From: Gammaproteobacteria bacterium
GTDB lineage: Bacteria > Pseudomonadota > Gammaproteobacteria > RBG-16-57-12
Length of the DNA: 64,000 nucleotides
Direction of reading: 5' to 3'
Assembly (NCBI GenBank): GCA_022712945.1
Contig: JAFLJP010000122.1
Span: 1,853 to 65,852 of the forward strand
In this document: piece by piece, positions 30,145-41,774 of the stretch
How positions within the stretch are numbered: the first letter of the stretch is position 1
How the letters are laid out: every line of letters begins with the position of its first letter
Position numbers and translations under genes: made by a program
Notes under the pieces: generated by a model
What the model saw: only the letters and a program-made list of their open reading frames with translations
Databases searched by the model: none
Told to the model about the DNA's origin: nothing

Positions 30145-31011
30145 TTAAACTGCTGCGGCACCTGCCACAATCTCAGAAATTTCCTGGGTAATCGCAGCCT
30201 GACGGGCTTTGTTGTAAATAAGCTTCAAATCATCAATCATCTCGCCTGCATTATCTGTTGCAGACTTCATTGAAACCATTCGTGCTGCCTGTTCACAAGC
30301 GGCATTTTCTACAACGCCCTGATACACCAGTGACTCGACATAGCGAACTAGAAGGTCTTCCAAAACAACCTTGGCTTCTGGCTCGTACATGTAATCCCAT
30401 CGGTGTGTCATCTCTTCGTTAATCTCTTCTGAAGAGACGGGCAACAGTTGTAAAACCTGTGGATCCTGCGTCATGGTATTAACAAAGCTGTTATGTACCA
30501 CAAACAGACGATCAAGCTCTCCACTGTCATAAGCATCAAGCATCACCTTCACCGCGCCGACAATATCGGTAATGTGCGGCGTATCACCCAAATGCGATAC
30601 TTGAGAGGTAATGTTTGCTCCAATGCCTTGGAAGAACGAACAAGCTTTTTGACCAATAATGCCGAGACGAACTTCAGCGCCTTTCTCTTCCCATGCCTGC
30701 ATATCCTTAAGTACTTTGCGGAACAGGTTACTGTTCAAGCCGCCGCAGAGACCACGGTCGCTTGATACAATGATGAAACCGACTCGTTTCACCTGTTCAC
30801 GATCCTCAAGATAAGGATGCTTGTACTCAGGGTGTGCATGCGCCAGGTGTGAAATCACCTGACGCATTTTATCGGCGTAGGGGCGAGATGCCGTCATACG
30901 ATCTTGAGCTTTACGCATTTTACTCGCGGCCACCATTTCCATGGCACGAGTAATTTTCTTGGTATTTTCAATGCTCTTGATCTGCGTGCGTATCTCTTTT
31001 CCGACTGCCAT
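30145..31011 (-). CDS. atpG: ATP synthase gamma subunit
   Basis: [28 protein letters not shown]. Confidence 0.97.
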   Translation of the reverse strand: MAVGKEIRTQIKSIENTKKITRAMEMVAASKMRKAQDRMTASRPYADKMRQVISHLAHAHPEYKHPYLEDREQVKRVGFIIVSSDRGLCGGLNSNLFRKVLKDMQAWEEKGAEVRLGIIGQKACSFFQGIGANITSQVSHLGDTPHITDIVGAVKVMLDAYDSGELDRLFVVHNSFVNTMTQDPQVLQLLPVSSEEINEEMTHRWDYMYEPEAKVVLEDLLVRYVESLVYQGVVENAACEQAARMVSMKSATDNAGEMIDDLKLIYNKARQAAITQEISEIVAGAAAV

Positions 31012-31027
31012 CGTTATCTACTCCCGA

Positions 31028-32569
31028 TTACCAGGTGCCGTTAGCTTTAAACTGAGTCAGCGCATCTGTCATCTTTCCCGCAATTTCATCGTTGAAATTA
31101 GCAGTGTCGTTGATATCAGCAACCAGATCAGCAGCATTAGACTTAACGTATGCGTGCATCGCCTCTTCAAAATCCACAACCTTGGCGGCATCGACATCGT
31201 CGAGGAAACCTTCATTGGCTGCAAACAGTGAAAATGCCATCTCTGCGGTTGAGAGCGGAGCGTACTGCTTCTGCTTCATCAGCTCAGTAACACGGCGACC
31301 TCGTTCGATTTGTGCGCGGGTTGTATCATCCAGATCAGATGCAAATTGAGCGAATGCCGCCAATTCACGATACTGAGCTAAATCAAGACGAACACCACCA
31401 CCCAATTTCTTGATGATTTTGGTCTGTGCTGCACCACCCACTCGAGATACCGACAGACCGGCGTTAATCGCAGGACGGATACCGGAGTTGAACAGATCAG
31501 TTTCGAGGAAAATCTGACCATCAGTAATCGAGATAACGTTGGTGGGTACGAACGCAGAAACATCACCACCCTGTGTCTCGATAATAGGCAGTGCGGTTAA
31601 AGAACCGGTTTTGCCCTTAACCCGACCACCGGTCAGCTTCTCAACTTCAACCGTGTTGATACGCGATGCGCGTTCAAGCAGACGAGAGTGGAGATAGAAA
31701 ACGTCACCAGGATAGGCTTCACGTCCAGGTGGACGACGCAGCAGCAGTGATATTTGACGATATGCCCAAGCTTGCTTGGTCAGATCATCATATACAATCA
31801 GTGCATCTTCACCGTTATCACGGAAAAACTCACCCATTGAACAGCCTGCATAAGGGGCAACAAACTGCATTGCAGCCGAGTCAGATGCGGTAGCGGCAAC
31901 GATGATCGTGTTGCTCAGTGCGCCGTGTTCTTCCAGCTTACGTACAACGGCTGCGATAGAAGATGCCTTCTGACCAATGGCAACGTAGACACACTTGATA
32001 CCTGAATTTTTCTGGTTGATGATGGCATCGATCGCAACAGCCGTTTTACCTGTTTGACGATCACCGATGATCAGCTCTCGCTGACCACGGCCAACCGGTA
32101 CCATCGAATCGATCGCTTTCAAGCCCGTTTCAACCGGCTCATCAACAGATTGACGTGCAATTACACCCGGTGCAATTTTTTCAACCGGTGATGAAGTCGT
32201 CGTTTCGATTGGACCTTTACCATCAATCGGGTTACCCAGTGCATCAACGACTCGGCCTAATAGTGCCTCGCCGGTTGGTACTTCCAGGATTCGACCAGTA
32301 CACTTAACCGTGTCACCTTCCGAAATGCCCTCGAATGAACCCAGGATAACAGCACCAACAGAGTCACGTTCCAGGTTAAGTGCCATACCATAGATGTTGC
32401 CTGGGAATTCAATCATCTCACCCGACATAACGTCAGAGAGACCGTGGATTGTTGCTACACCGTCTGCGATACTGACAACAGTACCTTCGTTTGAGGCGCA
32501 AGTATCTACCTCAAAGTTTTTGATGCGGTTCTTAATTTGTTCACTGATTTCCGATGGAGTCAGTTGCAT
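31028..32569 (-). CDS. atpA: ATP synthase alpha subunit
   Basis: [18 protein letters not shown]. Confidence 0.98.
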   Translation of the reverse strand: MQLTPSEISEQIKNRIKNFEVDTCASNEGTVVSIADGVATIHGLSDVMSGEMIEFPGNIYGMALNLERDSVGAVILGSFEGISEGDTVKCTGRILEVPTGEALLGRVVDALGNPIDGKGPIETTTSSPVEKIAPGVIARQSVDEPVETGLKAIDSMVPVGRGQRELIIGDRQTGKTAVAIDAIINQKNSGIKCVYVAIGQKASSIAAVVRKLEEHGALSNTIIVAATASDSAAMQFVAPYAGCSMGEFFRDNGEDALIVYDDLTKQAWAYRQISLLLRRPPGREAYPGDVFYLHSRLLERASRINTVEVEKLTGGRVKGKTGSLTALPIIETQGGDVSAFVPTNVISITDGQIFLETDLFNSGIRPAINAGLSVSRVGGAAQTKIIKKLGGGVRLDLAQYRELAAFAQFASDLDDTTRAQIERGRRVTELMKQKQYAPLSTAEMAFSLFAANEGFLDDVDAAKVVDFEEAMHAYVKSNAADLVADINDTANFNDEIAGKMTDALTQFKANGTW

Positions 32570-32591
32570 TTGCTAATCCTCTTCATGGAAA

Positions 32592-33128
32592 TTATCGGGA
32601 CATTGCAGAGGTCAGACCTTTCAATTGGCCAGTGACACTTCCGTCGATTACCAGATCACCTGCACGAACGATTGCTCCACCTAACAGGCTTTCGTCAATC
32701 TTACATGTCAAGGTCACTTCACGTCCCAAACGATTCTTCAACGCTGCTTTGATTTTCTTCTGCTCTGCTTCACCGACTTCGAATGCAGAAACAATTTCCG
32801 CTTCGATAGTTTTTTCGGCTTCAGCACGCAGCTCATCAAACATCTCTGCAATTTCGGGTAAAACACCAATACGCTTGTTATTAACAAGCAGTTTCACCAA
32901 GCCCTCGCTACCCGCTACCCGCTTATCGCCAGCAGTGGAGACCATCAGTTCGACGATGTTATCGTCAGCGACAGAGGGGTTATTTGCCAACACCGAAAAT
33001 TCAGCATTGGCAGAGATAGCAGAGAGCAATTGCAGCGTTTCAGACCATTCACCTAATTTAGCCTCATCAGTTGCCAGCTCAAAAACAGCTTTAGCATACG
33101 GACGGGCGATAGTGATTTTTTCAGCCAT
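32592..33128 (-). CDS. atpH: ATP synthase delta subunit
   Basis: IARPYAKAVF, VIDGSV. Confidence 0.95.
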   Translation of the reverse strand: MAEKITIARPYAKAVFELATDEAKLGEWSETLQLLSAISANAEFSVLANNPSVADDNIVELMVSTAGDKRVAGSEGLVKLLVNNKRIGVLPEIAEMFDELRAEAEKTIEAEIVSAFEVGEAEQKKIKAALKNRLGREVTLTCKIDESLLGGAIVRAGDLVIDGSVTGQLKGLTSAMSR

Positions 33129-33138
33129 AACGTTCGCC

Positions 33139-33609
33139 TTAAATCTTTGCAGCCAGCTCGTTTAGCAGGTCGCTGTGGGTTTTTGCATCGATTTCCTTTT
33201 TCAGGATCTTCTCTGCACCCGCAACTGCTATCGAAGCTAGTTGACTACGCAATTGCTCTTTTGCTTGAGCAACTTCGCGCTCGATTTCAGCTTGGGCGGC
33301 GTTAACAATACGCTCACCTTCGGCTCGTGCGTTCTCTTTCGACTCTTCAACAATCTCAGAAGAACGTTTTTGTGCTTGCGCGATGATTTCAGCTGACTGC
33401 TTCTTGGCGTCATGTAGCACTTCTTTAGCGCGATTCTCAGCCATTTCCTGCTCGTGCTTACCTTTTTCAGCCGCTGCAAGCCCGTCAGCAATACGCTTTT
33501 GACGAGCTTCCATCATCTCTGAAAGAGGGCCCCACAGAACCTTGTTTATGAACCAGATCAGCAGGATGAATGCAATCATCTGCGGGATCAATGTTACTGT
33601 AATATTCAC
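33139..33609 (-). CDS. atpF: ATP synthase b subunit
   Basis: N-terminal TM helix, RQKRIADGL, coiled coil, 156 aa. Confidence 0.95.
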   Translation of the reverse strand: MNITVTLIPQMIAFILLIWFINKVLWGPLSEMMEARQKRIADGLAAAEKGKHEQEMAENRAKEVLHDAKKQSAEIIAQAQKRSSEIVEESKENARAEGERIVNAAQAEIEREVAQAKEQLRSQLASIAVAGAEKILKKEIDAKTHSDLLNELAAKI

Positions 33610-33662
33610 GTTTCTTTCTCCTCGGTTTGCTTACCCCTGGGAGTTCGCAATCTGCCCTAAGT

Positions 33663-33950
33663 TTAGATACCAGCGATAGCTGTAGACAGAGCACCGACGA
33701 AAGGATTAGCGAACAAGAACCACATTGCAAATGCTAGGATGATGAAAGGGAAAGACTCCATCAGACCAGCGAAGATGAACATGTTAGTCATCAATGCAGG
33801 GCGCATTTCTGGTTGACGTGCAATGCCTTCCAGTGTTTTCGCACAGATCAGGCCCCAACCGATAGCAGAACCCATACCTGCTGCCGCCAGAATTACACCA
33901 ACACCTACTGCTGTGTAGGCATAGATCATCGCAATCATATCAGCTGTCAT
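33663..33950 (-). CDS. atpE: ATP synthase c subunit
   Basis: GxGxxxGxG glycine motif, ARQPE loop, ion-binding Glu65. Confidence 0.95.
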   Translation of the reverse strand: MTADMIAMIYAYTAVGVGVILAAAGMGSAIGWGLICAKTLEGIARQPEMRPALMTNMFIFAGLMESFPFIILAFAMWFLFANPFVGALSTAIAGI

Positions 33951-34032
33951 TGTTACATCTCCTTCGAGGATAGTTATTTATAAATTTATAAAAAAGTAAA
34001 ACCAAAAACCAAAATTGCCACAACATGAAGTG

Positions 34033-34872
<840 letters not shown>

Positions 34873-35247
34873 TTAGCCGCGCGCATTTATCAGATTGCTG
34901 AGTTGCGCCAGGAAAAATCCCACAAACATCGCGAGGGGGTCAAAACCTACAACCCCTAAACCTAGTGCAAACAGAACCAATATTAAAATAAACCGTTGTG
35001 CCGCCCCAAGATAGAGAATCAACATACTTCCCTTCTGGTCGTGCTGCGCCATCTCTGCCGCTCGCTTTACGCCGTACCTCAGCACCAATAGCAGTGTGAT
35101 ACTGACACTGGCACCTGCAAATGCAGAGATCGCAGGCCAGCTCCCGGCGTAGAGCATAAAACCGATAAAAGAAACCAGGCCAACAATCAGTTGGGCCACA
35201 AGCACTTTTCGCGCCTTGGCTTCTATTGCTTGGGTTGCTGGATTCAA
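34873..35247 (-). CDS. atpI: ATP synthase protein I
   Basis: Four hydrophobic helices, immediately upstream of atpB. Confidence 0.8.
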   Translation of the reverse strand: MNPATQAIEAKARKVLVAQLIVGLVSFIGFMLYAGSWPAISAFAGASVSITLLLVLRYGVKRAAEMAQHDQKGSMLILYLGAAQRFILILVLFALGLGVVGFDPLAMFVGFFLAQLSNLINARG

Positions 35248-35453
35248 AACATCTCCGGATGCGTTAGTAATTTATAAACCTTCAGCATCCCGCCAACAAA
35301 GCCCAGCACACAAAACAAAAACATAAATATGGGGGTTGTTCCAAGCCACCAGTCAACGAGAAATCCGAGGATCAGCCCCGCTATAATCATCGACGTTAAC
35401 ATTTGGCCCACACCCAGCAGTAGCAAATTCAGTTTTTTTTCTTTTTCTTTCAC
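35244..35453 (-). CDS. AtpZ/AtpI-family two-TM protein
   Basis: GLILGFLVDWWLGTTP...LGFVGG motif; probable GTG start at 35453 rather than 35552. Confidence 0.75.
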   Translation of the reverse strand: MKEKEKKLNLLLLGVGQMLTSMIIAGLILGFLVDWWLGTTPIFMFLFCVLGFVGGMLKVYKLLTHPEMF

Positions 35454-35587
35454 TGTATTGGCACTCTTGGTGTGTTGCCTGTGCGTGCGTTTATAGTCGC
35501 AATTTCCTACACATGCGGCGCGCAGTATATGACAGCGGGAATAGCAGGTCAAATGCCATTAAAGCCTCTTTCTAAGATTCCCGCCAA

Positions 35588-36463
35588 CTACTTCACGTGA
35601 GCCAAAATCCCATCCAGTTCATCAAGGTTGCTGTAGTGAATGATCACTCTCCCTTTTCCTTTTGCACCGTGTTGAAATTTTACTTTGGCACCCAGTCGCT
35701 CAGAGAGTTCGTTCTGTAGTCGTTGAATGTCGGGGTCAATCCGTGTTGCGGGTGTGCTTTTGTCTCTGTCGCTGGCATAGCGACGCACCAACTGCTCGGT
35801 CTCCCGCACAGAGAGCGCTTTTGCCACCACTTCCCGGGCGGCTTGCTCTTGACTCTCATCTTGCAAACTCAGCAGTGCGCGGGCGTGCCCCATTTCCAGG
35901 TCACCCCGTTCCAGCAGTTTTCTTACATCGCGGTTGAGGCTCAGCAATCGCAGCAGATTACTGACGCTGGCTCTCGAACGCCCCACGGCATCGGCTGCCT
36001 GTTGGTGCGTCATTTCAAACTCTTCGATCAGGCGTTGCAGTGCTTGTGCTTCTTCTATTGGGTTGAGGTTTTCGCGTTGGATATTTTCAATCAGCGCCAT
36101 CGCAATGGCTGCTTCATCGGGTACATCACGAATCAGTGCCGGTATTGCCTGCAACCCGGCAATTTGTGCGGCACGCCAGCGGCGTTCACCGGCGATGATT
36201 TCGTAGTGGCCCGGTTTGTCGATCGGGCGTACCACAATCGGCTGTACGATACCTTGCGAACGTATGGATTCGGCAAGGTCTTCCAGTGAGTCGGCGTGCA
36301 TGTCGATGCGGGGTTGGTACTTGCCCGGCTGAATTAATTCGATAGATAACTTTCGCAGCTCGCCATCTTTTGCCGTATCCGACTCAGCGCCATTGCTGCT
36401 TGCTTTACCTGCACTACCACCGAGCAGTGCACCCAGATTACGCCCCAGTGCTTTTTTAACCAT
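35588..36463 (-). CDS. parB: chromosome partitioning protein ParB
   Basis: ALGRNLGAL, YQPR, AGERRWRA, ENIQRENL, GHARALL. Confidence 0.96.
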   Translation of the reverse strand: MVKKALGRNLGALLGGSAGKASSNGAESDTAKDGELRKLSIELIQPGKYQPRIDMHADSLEDLAESIRSQGIVQPIVVRPIDKPGHYEIIAGERRWRAAQIAGLQAIPALIRDVPDEAAIAMALIENIQRENLNPIEEAQALQRLIEEFEMTHQQAADAVGRSRASVSNLLRLLSLNRDVRKLLERGDLEMGHARALLSLQDESQEQAAREVVAKALSVRETEQLVRRYASDRDKSTPATRIDPDIQRLQNELSERLGAKVKFQHGAKGKGRVIIHYSNLDELDGILAHVK

Positions 36464-36484
36464 TATCTTCCTCTAACATCCGAT

Positions 36485-37258
36485 TTATGCTGATTCAGTA
36501 CGACGCCCCAGCTCACCCGCTAACGCCAGATAAGCTTGTGCCCCCCGTGAGCTGCGATCATATTGCAGCACCGGCAAGCCATGACTGGGCGCTTCTGCCA
36601 GTTTGATATTACGCGGAATAGCGGTTCGAAATACCTTGTCGCCAAAGTGTTCACGCAACTGTTTAACTACTTCGCTTGAAAGCCGGTTTCGCGGATCAAA
36701 CATGGTGCGCAGTAACCCCTCTATCGCTAGATCAGGATTGACCGCCAGCTTGACCTGCTCAATGGTATCCAGCAGCGCGGCCAGACCCTCCAGTGCGTAA
36801 TATTCACACTGCATTGGAATGATGACACTTTTTGCCGCAGTCAATGCGTTGAGCGTCAACATGTTCAAGGAGGGAGGGCAGTCAATCAGGATGTAGTCAT
36901 AACGGGATTCAACTTGTGTCAACGCCCGCTGTAGTCGCGCTTCGCGGCTTAGCTCGTGTAACAGATTGACCTCCGCTGCGGTCAAATCACTGTTTGCGGG
37001 TAACAGATCAAAACCCGACTGTACGCTGGGTAAAATAGCCTGTTCGATGTCGACCTCATTCATCAACACCTCGTTTGCAGTATATTTCAGGTCGTACTTG
37101 TCGATGCCTGCGCCCATGGAGGCGTTGCCCTGCGGGTCGAGGTCGACCATCAGAACACGGCGTTTCATTGCCGCTAGAGAGGCAGAGAGATTGACGCAGG
37201 TGGTGGTTTTGCCCACACCGCCTTTTTGATTGGTAATTGCGATAATCTTGGTCATCAA
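36485..37258 (-). CDS. parA: chromosome partitioning ATPase ParA/Soj
   Basis: NQKGGVGKTT, DLDPQGN, IDCPP, EAPSHG. Confidence 0.96.
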   Translation of the reverse strand: MMTKIIAITNQKGGVGKTTTCVNLSASLAAMKRRVLMVDLDPQGNASMGAGIDKYDLKYTANEVLMNEVDIEQAILPSVQSGFDLLPANSDLTAAEVNLLHELSREARLQRALTQVESRYDYILIDCPPSLNMLTLNALTAAKSVIIPMQCEYYALEGLAALLDTIEQVKLAVNPDLAIEGLLRTMFDPRNRLSSEVVKQLREHFGDKVFRTAIPRNIKLAEAPSHGLPVLQYDRSSRGAQAYLALAGELGRRTESA

Positions 37259-37908
37259 ATCTGCTCGTTAGGGTCTTGGGTACCCTCTGGTGAATCGATC
37301 AATACCACGTGGCGCTCTGCATCCAGTCCGGGCACAGTCAGCTGATGCTGGTCAAGAATACGGAAGCTATTCGGGAGCTGCTCTCGCTCTTCCCGTGGGT
37401 TGACTCCCTTCATCGCTAGAAATATACCACCTTTGTTACGAAGGTGCGCGCACCAGCTGAGCATATCGAATAATGAGGCAAAGGCACGTGACAAGACCAC
37501 ATCAAAGGGGTGTTCCGGTTGATATTGTTCTACCCGGCTATGCTCTACCGTAACATTTTTCAACCTTAACTCAATCGCCGCTTGCTTAACAAAGCGGGTT
37601 TTTTTACTGTTACTGTCAAGTAGTACAAATTGCTTTTCAGGTAGCATAATAGCCAAAATAATACCCGGAAGACCGGCACCACAGCCCACATCAACAATTC
37701 GGTTGCCCTGCAGATAGGGCAGTACCGCAAGGCTGTCTAATAGATGGTGTGTGATCATCTTTTGGGGGGCGGTGATGGCGGTCAGGTTATAGACCCTGCT
37801 CCACTTGAGGAGCATCTCCTGATACTTCAATAGCGTCTCAAGCTGCGCGTCACTTACCGAAATGCCCAGCTGCTGACAGCCTTGGGCGAGCTGTTGTTTT
37901 AGGCTCAT
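37255..37908 (-). CDS. rsmG: 16S rRNA m7G527 methyltransferase
   Basis: [26 protein letters not shown]. Confidence 0.95.
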   Translation of the reverse strand: MSLKQQLAQGCQQLGISVSDAQLETLLKYQEMLLKWSRVYNLTAITAPQKMITHHLLDSLAVLPYLQGNRIVDVGCGAGLPGIILAIMLPEKQFVLLDSNSKKTRFVKQAAIELRLKNVTVEHSRVEQYQPEHPFDVVLSRAFASLFDMLSWCAHLRNKGGIFLAMKGVNPREEREQLPNSFRILDQHQLTVPGLDAERHVVLIDSPEGTQDPNEQI

Positions 37909-39785
37909 TTTCCAGCTCTCTTTTTCACAAATACCAACAGCAGGGAGATTGCCGCCGGAGTCACACCGGGAATGCGTGACGCCTGGCCAATCGTCTGTGG
38001 TTGATGCGCCACCAGCTTTTGAGATACTTCAGCAGAGAGCCCCGAAACCGTTGTGTAGTCAAACCCCTCGGGAATTTTACTCTCTTCATTGAGCCTTGTG
38101 CGGGCAATTTCATTGCGTTGGCGTGCAATGTATCCTGCATATTTCACTTGCACTTCAACCTGTTCAGCAACCACGGGTTCACAAACTCCCGGGCCTGCTG
38201 CATCAAGCTGCATGAGTGAGTGATAGCTCACTTCCGGGCGGCGCAATAGATCTTCCAGGTTATACTCCCGGCTCAAACGCTGGCCAATCGCCTCTTCAAC
38301 GCTCTTTTGATCAATTTTTTGTGGCGATAACCAGGTGCTTTTCAAGCGTTGCAGCTCTTGCTCTACTGCCTCTCGCTTTACCTCAAATGCAGACCAGCGT
38401 TCATCACTCACCAAGCCCAGCTCGTGCCCTTTCGGTGTTAGTCGCATGTCGGCATTATCCTCTCGCAGTAGCAGGCGATACTCGGCTCGTGAGGTAAACA
38501 TGCGATAGGGCTCTTGAGTGCCCTTGGTAATCAGGTCATCAATCATTACACCAATATAAGCTTCATCTCGGCGCGGGCTCCAGGGTGCCTTCTGCTGAGT
38601 TTGCAACGCGGCGTTCATCCCGGCAATCAAGCCCTGGGCAGCCGCCTCTTCATAACCGGTGGTGCCATTAATCTGCCCGGCAAAAAATAGGCCGGGCATG
38701 CATTTGGTCTCCAAGGTGTCTTTTAAGCCACGAGGGTCAAAAAAGTCATACTCAATCGCATAACCGGGGCGAATAATGTGGGCATTTTCAAATCCTTTCA
38801 TCGAACGGACCAGTGCCATTTGCACATCAAACGGAAGCGAGGTTGAGATACCATTGGGGTAGACCTCGTGGGTGGTCAAGCCCTCTGGTTCGACAAAAAT
38901 CTGGTGGGACTTTTTATCGGCAAAGCGGGTCACTTTATCTTCAATAGAGGGACAATAACGTGGCCCCACCCCCTCAATTACACCGGTATACATTGGCGAG
39001 CGATCCATACCACCACGAATGATCTCATGGGTCTGCTCATTGGTATGGGTGATATAACAGGGAATCTGCTGTGGATGCTGCTCGGCTCTGCCCATAAAGG
39101 AGAAGGTGGGCACAGGGTCATCCCCCGGCTGTGGCTCTAAAAGATCAAAATTAATGGTGCGCCCATCAATACGCGGCGGGGTACCCGTTTTCAGGCGATC
39201 AACCGCGAAGGGCAGTTCACGCAAGCGCTGGGCAAAGGCGTTGGCCGGTGGGTCACCGGCACGGCCACCGTCAAAGCTCTCCAAGCCGATATGAATCCGT
39301 CCGCCAAGAAAAGTCCCCACGGTTAACACCACCGTGGGTGCTGAAAAGGCCAGACCCATCCGGGTCACGATGCCGGTAACCGCCCGCCCCTCCACGATCA
39401 GGTCATCCACCGACTGCTGAAACAGTGTCAGGTTGGGCTGGTTTTCAAGCGCTTCCCGCACCACGGCTTTATAGAGCAGGCGGTCAGTCTGGGCGCGGGT
39501 TGCACGCACCGCAGCTCCTTTGCTCGAATTGAGGGTGCGAAACTGAATGCCGCTTTTATCCGCAGCATGCGCCATCACCCCACCCAGTGCATCCACCTCT
39601 TTCACCAGATGTCCCTTGCCAATGCCTCCGATCGCCGGATTACAGGACATCTGCCCAAGGGTATCAATATTGTGGGTCACCAACAGCGTGTTAACTCCCA
39701 TCCGTGCCGCCGCCAACGCTGCTTCGGTTCCGGCATGGCCACCACCCACCACAATGACATCAAATTTATCCTGAAAAAACATCAC
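37905..39785 (-). CDS. mnmG: tRNA uridine 5-carboxymethylaminomethyl modification enzyme
   Basis: [38 protein letters not shown]. Confidence 0.97.
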   Translation of the reverse strand: MMFFQDKFDVIVVGGGHAGTEAALAAARMGVNTLLVTHNIDTLGQMSCNPAIGGIGKGHLVKEVDALGGVMAHAADKSGIQFRTLNSSKGAAVRATRAQTDRLLYKAVVREALENQPNLTLFQQSVDDLIVEGRAVTGIVTRMGLAFSAPTVVLTVGTFLGGRIHIGLESFDGGRAGDPPANAFAQRLRELPFAVDRLKTGTPPRIDGRTINFDLLEPQPGDDPVPTFSFMGRAEQHPQQIPCYITHTNEQTHEIIRGGMDRSPMYTGVIEGVGPRYCPSIEDKVTRFADKKSHQIFVEPEGLTTHEVYPNGISTSLPFDVQMALVRSMKGFENAHIIRPGYAIEYDFFDPRGLKDTLETKCMPGLFFAGQINGTTGYEEAAAQGLIAGMNAALQTQQKAPWSPRRDEAYIGVMIDDLITKGTQEPYRMFTSRAEYRLLLREDNADMRLTPKGHELGLVSDERWSAFEVKREAVEQELQRLKSTWLSPQKIDQKSVEEAIGQRLSREYNLEDLLRRPEVSYHSLMQLDAAGPGVCEPVVAEQVEVQVKYAGYIARQRNEIARTRLNEESKIPEGFDYTTVSGLSAEVSQKLVAHQPQTIGQASRIPGVTPAAISLLLVFVKKRAGK

Positions 39786-39950
39786 TACACACCCAACGCA
39801 CCCGGAAAGCCGATCATTCTACGCTACCGCTAGCGGTGGTGCCAATGAGCAATATAGCCCAAATCCCCATTTAGAGTTCCAGCATGTTCACGGTAGTGCC
39901 CAAAGCTTTTTTCTATTTGGTGCAGCAAGCCTTTCCATCCCTTTTTTTAC

Positions 39951-39967
39951 TGTCGAAATTACTTACA
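39951..39967. promoter_or_regulatory. candidate enhancer-binding-protein site (TGT-N11-ACA, PEP-box-like)
   Basis: TGT-cgaaattactt-ACA about 65 bp upstream of a sigma-54 motif. Confidence 0.6.
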
Positions 39968-40030
39968 TATTTAATTGTATTTATTATTGTTTTATCTACA
40001 ACTATAAGTAATATATGAGAAAGTAATTCC

Positions 40031-40047
40031 TGGCATGCGCATTGCAT
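40031..40047 (+). promoter_or_regulatory. sigma-54 (-24/-12) promoter
   Basis: TGGCAT-gcgca-TTGCA with exact GG-N10-GC spacing, about 40 bp upstream of the ORF. Confidence 0.75.
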
Positions 40048-40086
40048 TTCATTATTTTAAATATGGTAATAAATTAAATAAATAGG

Positions 40087-40923
40087 ATGTTAATAATGAT
40101 GCAGTGTCAATCGAACTATTCTCGTAGTGTCATGGGTTCTCTTCTGGGTGCGGCACTTTTGATCGCCACTCCGGCCAGTGCGGGAACCATTAGTAGCTTC
40201 AGTGATTGGCAGATCAGTCATGCTGATCTCTCCAGTGGTAATAGTGCGGTCTACTATACGACGGAAGACCAGCATACTGATTACCTGGATCCAGGCTATG
40301 GTGGTCAGGGGTATGATGCGGAAGCTATTTACACAACATGGGATGCCAACTACCTGTATATCGGTATGATGACAGGGCGTGAACAGAACCCGAGCAGCGG
40401 TTGGGCTCCTGGTGATATCGCAATCGACCTTGGCTCTAATGGCCGCTATGAGTTCGGTCTGGTCACCTCAAGTGCGACAGGCTCTAATCCTGCAACCGCT
40501 GGTGTCGGATCGCCGGGTGATCTATTTGCAGTGAGTGGTTGGAATTATGGTATTTGGGATGCTTCCGGCAATCATGTGGGTGCGAATAGCCCGCTGGTGG
40601 ATACGGATCACCCAACCAGTGTTGCTTCTGGTAATGTGATTGGCAGTGCGGATCACTTTTTATACAGCTCAATTGGTAGCGGCTACGGTGATTGGGGCAA
40701 TGATGAACACTATTTCATCTCCGCTGCCATCGATCTGAGCCTTCTGGGTGGCGCGGCACTTATGGATGATGGTCTCTCTCTCCATTGGGCGGCGAATTGT
40801 AATAATGACTGGATACTGCTTGATGTTCCAGCCAGCCCGGTCCCTGCCCCTCTTCCCCTGATGCTGCTGGCAGCGGGGCTGTTGGGGTTAATGGCTACCC
40901 GCCGAGCGAAGCGCTCTGTATAG
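40087..40923 (+). CDS. PEP-CTERM/VPxP-CTERM exosortase-sorted surface protein
   Basis: Signal peptide ending ASA-G; Gly/Ser/Asp-rich body; WAANCNND; C-terminal VPAPLPLMLLAAGLLGLMATRRAKR (motif, TM helix, basic tail). Confidence 0.82.
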   Translation: MLIMMQCQSNYSRSVMGSLLGAALLIATPASAGTISSFSDWQISHADLSSGNSAVYYTTEDQHTDYLDPGYGGQGYDAEAIYTTWDANYLYIGMMTGREQNPSSGWAPGDIAIDLGSNGRYEFGLVTSSATGSNPATAGVGSPGDLFAVSGWNYGIWDASGNHVGANSPLVDTDHPTSVASGNVIGSADHFLYSSIGSGYGDWGNDEHYFISAAIDLSLLGGAALMDDGLSLHWAANCNNDWILLDVPASPVPAPLPLMLLAAGLLGLMATRRAKRSV

Positions 40924-40952
40924 AAAGTTTGTGTGAGTGGATCGTTGAAAGA

Positions 40953-40977
40953 GAGGGCAGTGATGACTGCCCTTTTT
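40953..40977 (+). terminator. intrinsic terminator between the convergent genes
   Basis: agggcagt-gatg-actgccct followed by a T tract. Confidence 0.75.
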
Positions 40978-40998
40978 GTATTGCCAGCCTTGGGGTGA

Positions 40999-41688
40999 TT
41001 AACGGTCCACAGCAGTTAGTGGCAGGATTTCAAATACCTCAATATCAAAAACCAGTACCGCATTGGCGGGAATTTGATCACTAAAACCCTTTTCGCCGTA
41101 AGCGAGTTCGGAGGGGATGGTGAGCTGCCATTTACTGCCCATCGGCATCATGGGTAACGCTTCCTGCCAACCGGACATATTTTGACTAACTAGCAGCTCG
41201 GCCGGGTTTCCACGCCCATAGCTGCTATCAAATACGGTGCCATCAATAAGGCGTCCTTCGTAATGTAGCTTGACTCGGTCACTTGCACTCGGTTTTGGCC
41301 CGGTTCCCACCGTTATAATGCGGTACTGTAAACCACTTTTTGTCGCCTTAACGCCTCGTTTGGTGGTATTGGCCTTCAGGTAAGCCTGGCCTTGCAATAA
41401 GCTTTTACGCCGTTTTTCCGCCACGGCTTTCTGTTGGCTCCTCTGGAATTCATTGACCGTCTGTTGTTGTGCGGTATGGTCCAGCAGTGGTTGGCTGGCA
41501 TCAATAAAATCACTAATGCCTTTGAACAGTGCGGTTTGATCAACCGGTATTTTTTCCATCTGCAGCTGTTGGCCAATCTGTTGACCGACAGTGTAGCTAA
41601 GTCGTTTTTCATCGCTATCCAGCATGACTTCAGCCTGTGCTGACACGCAAAATAGTAGCCCTGACGTTAACAAAATTACCTTTTTCAT
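40999..41688 (-). CDS. FKBP-type peptidyl-prolyl isomerase (FkpA/Mip-like)
   Basis: Signal peptide, LSYTVG, SGLQY, HYEGRLIDGTVFDSS, IPSELAYG. Confidence 0.9.
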   Translation of the reverse strand: MKKVILLTSGLLFCVSAQAEVMLDSDEKRLSYTVGQQIGQQLQMEKIPVDQTALFKGISDFIDASQPLLDHTAQQQTVNEFQRSQQKAVAEKRRKSLLQGQAYLKANTTKRGVKATKSGLQYRIITVGTGPKPSASDRVKLHYEGRLIDGTVFDSSYGRGNPAELLVSQNMSGWQEALPMMPMGSKWQLTIPSELAYGEKGFSDQIPANAVLVFDIEVFEILPLTAVDR

Positions 41689-41774
41689 TGGTTACTCCAA
41701 ATCATTTTTCAACAAGCAGATTGTTTTTTTCCAAGGCCTCAGACTATATATTGTAGTCATTTGTTCCCTTGGGC

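Noticed and set aside
39786..40086. Possible oriC upstream of mnmG, as in E. coli and Vibrio
   Set aside because: Only one imperfect DnaA-box-like 9-mer (ttatctaca near 39992) and no box cluster or GATC enrichment; the region is better explained as the sigma-54 promoter of the CTERM gene
41741..41758. NrdR-like palindrome gactatatattgtagtc upstream of the FKBP gene
   Set aside because: Single site, flanks deviate from the consensus, and no nucleotide-metabolism gene lies downstream
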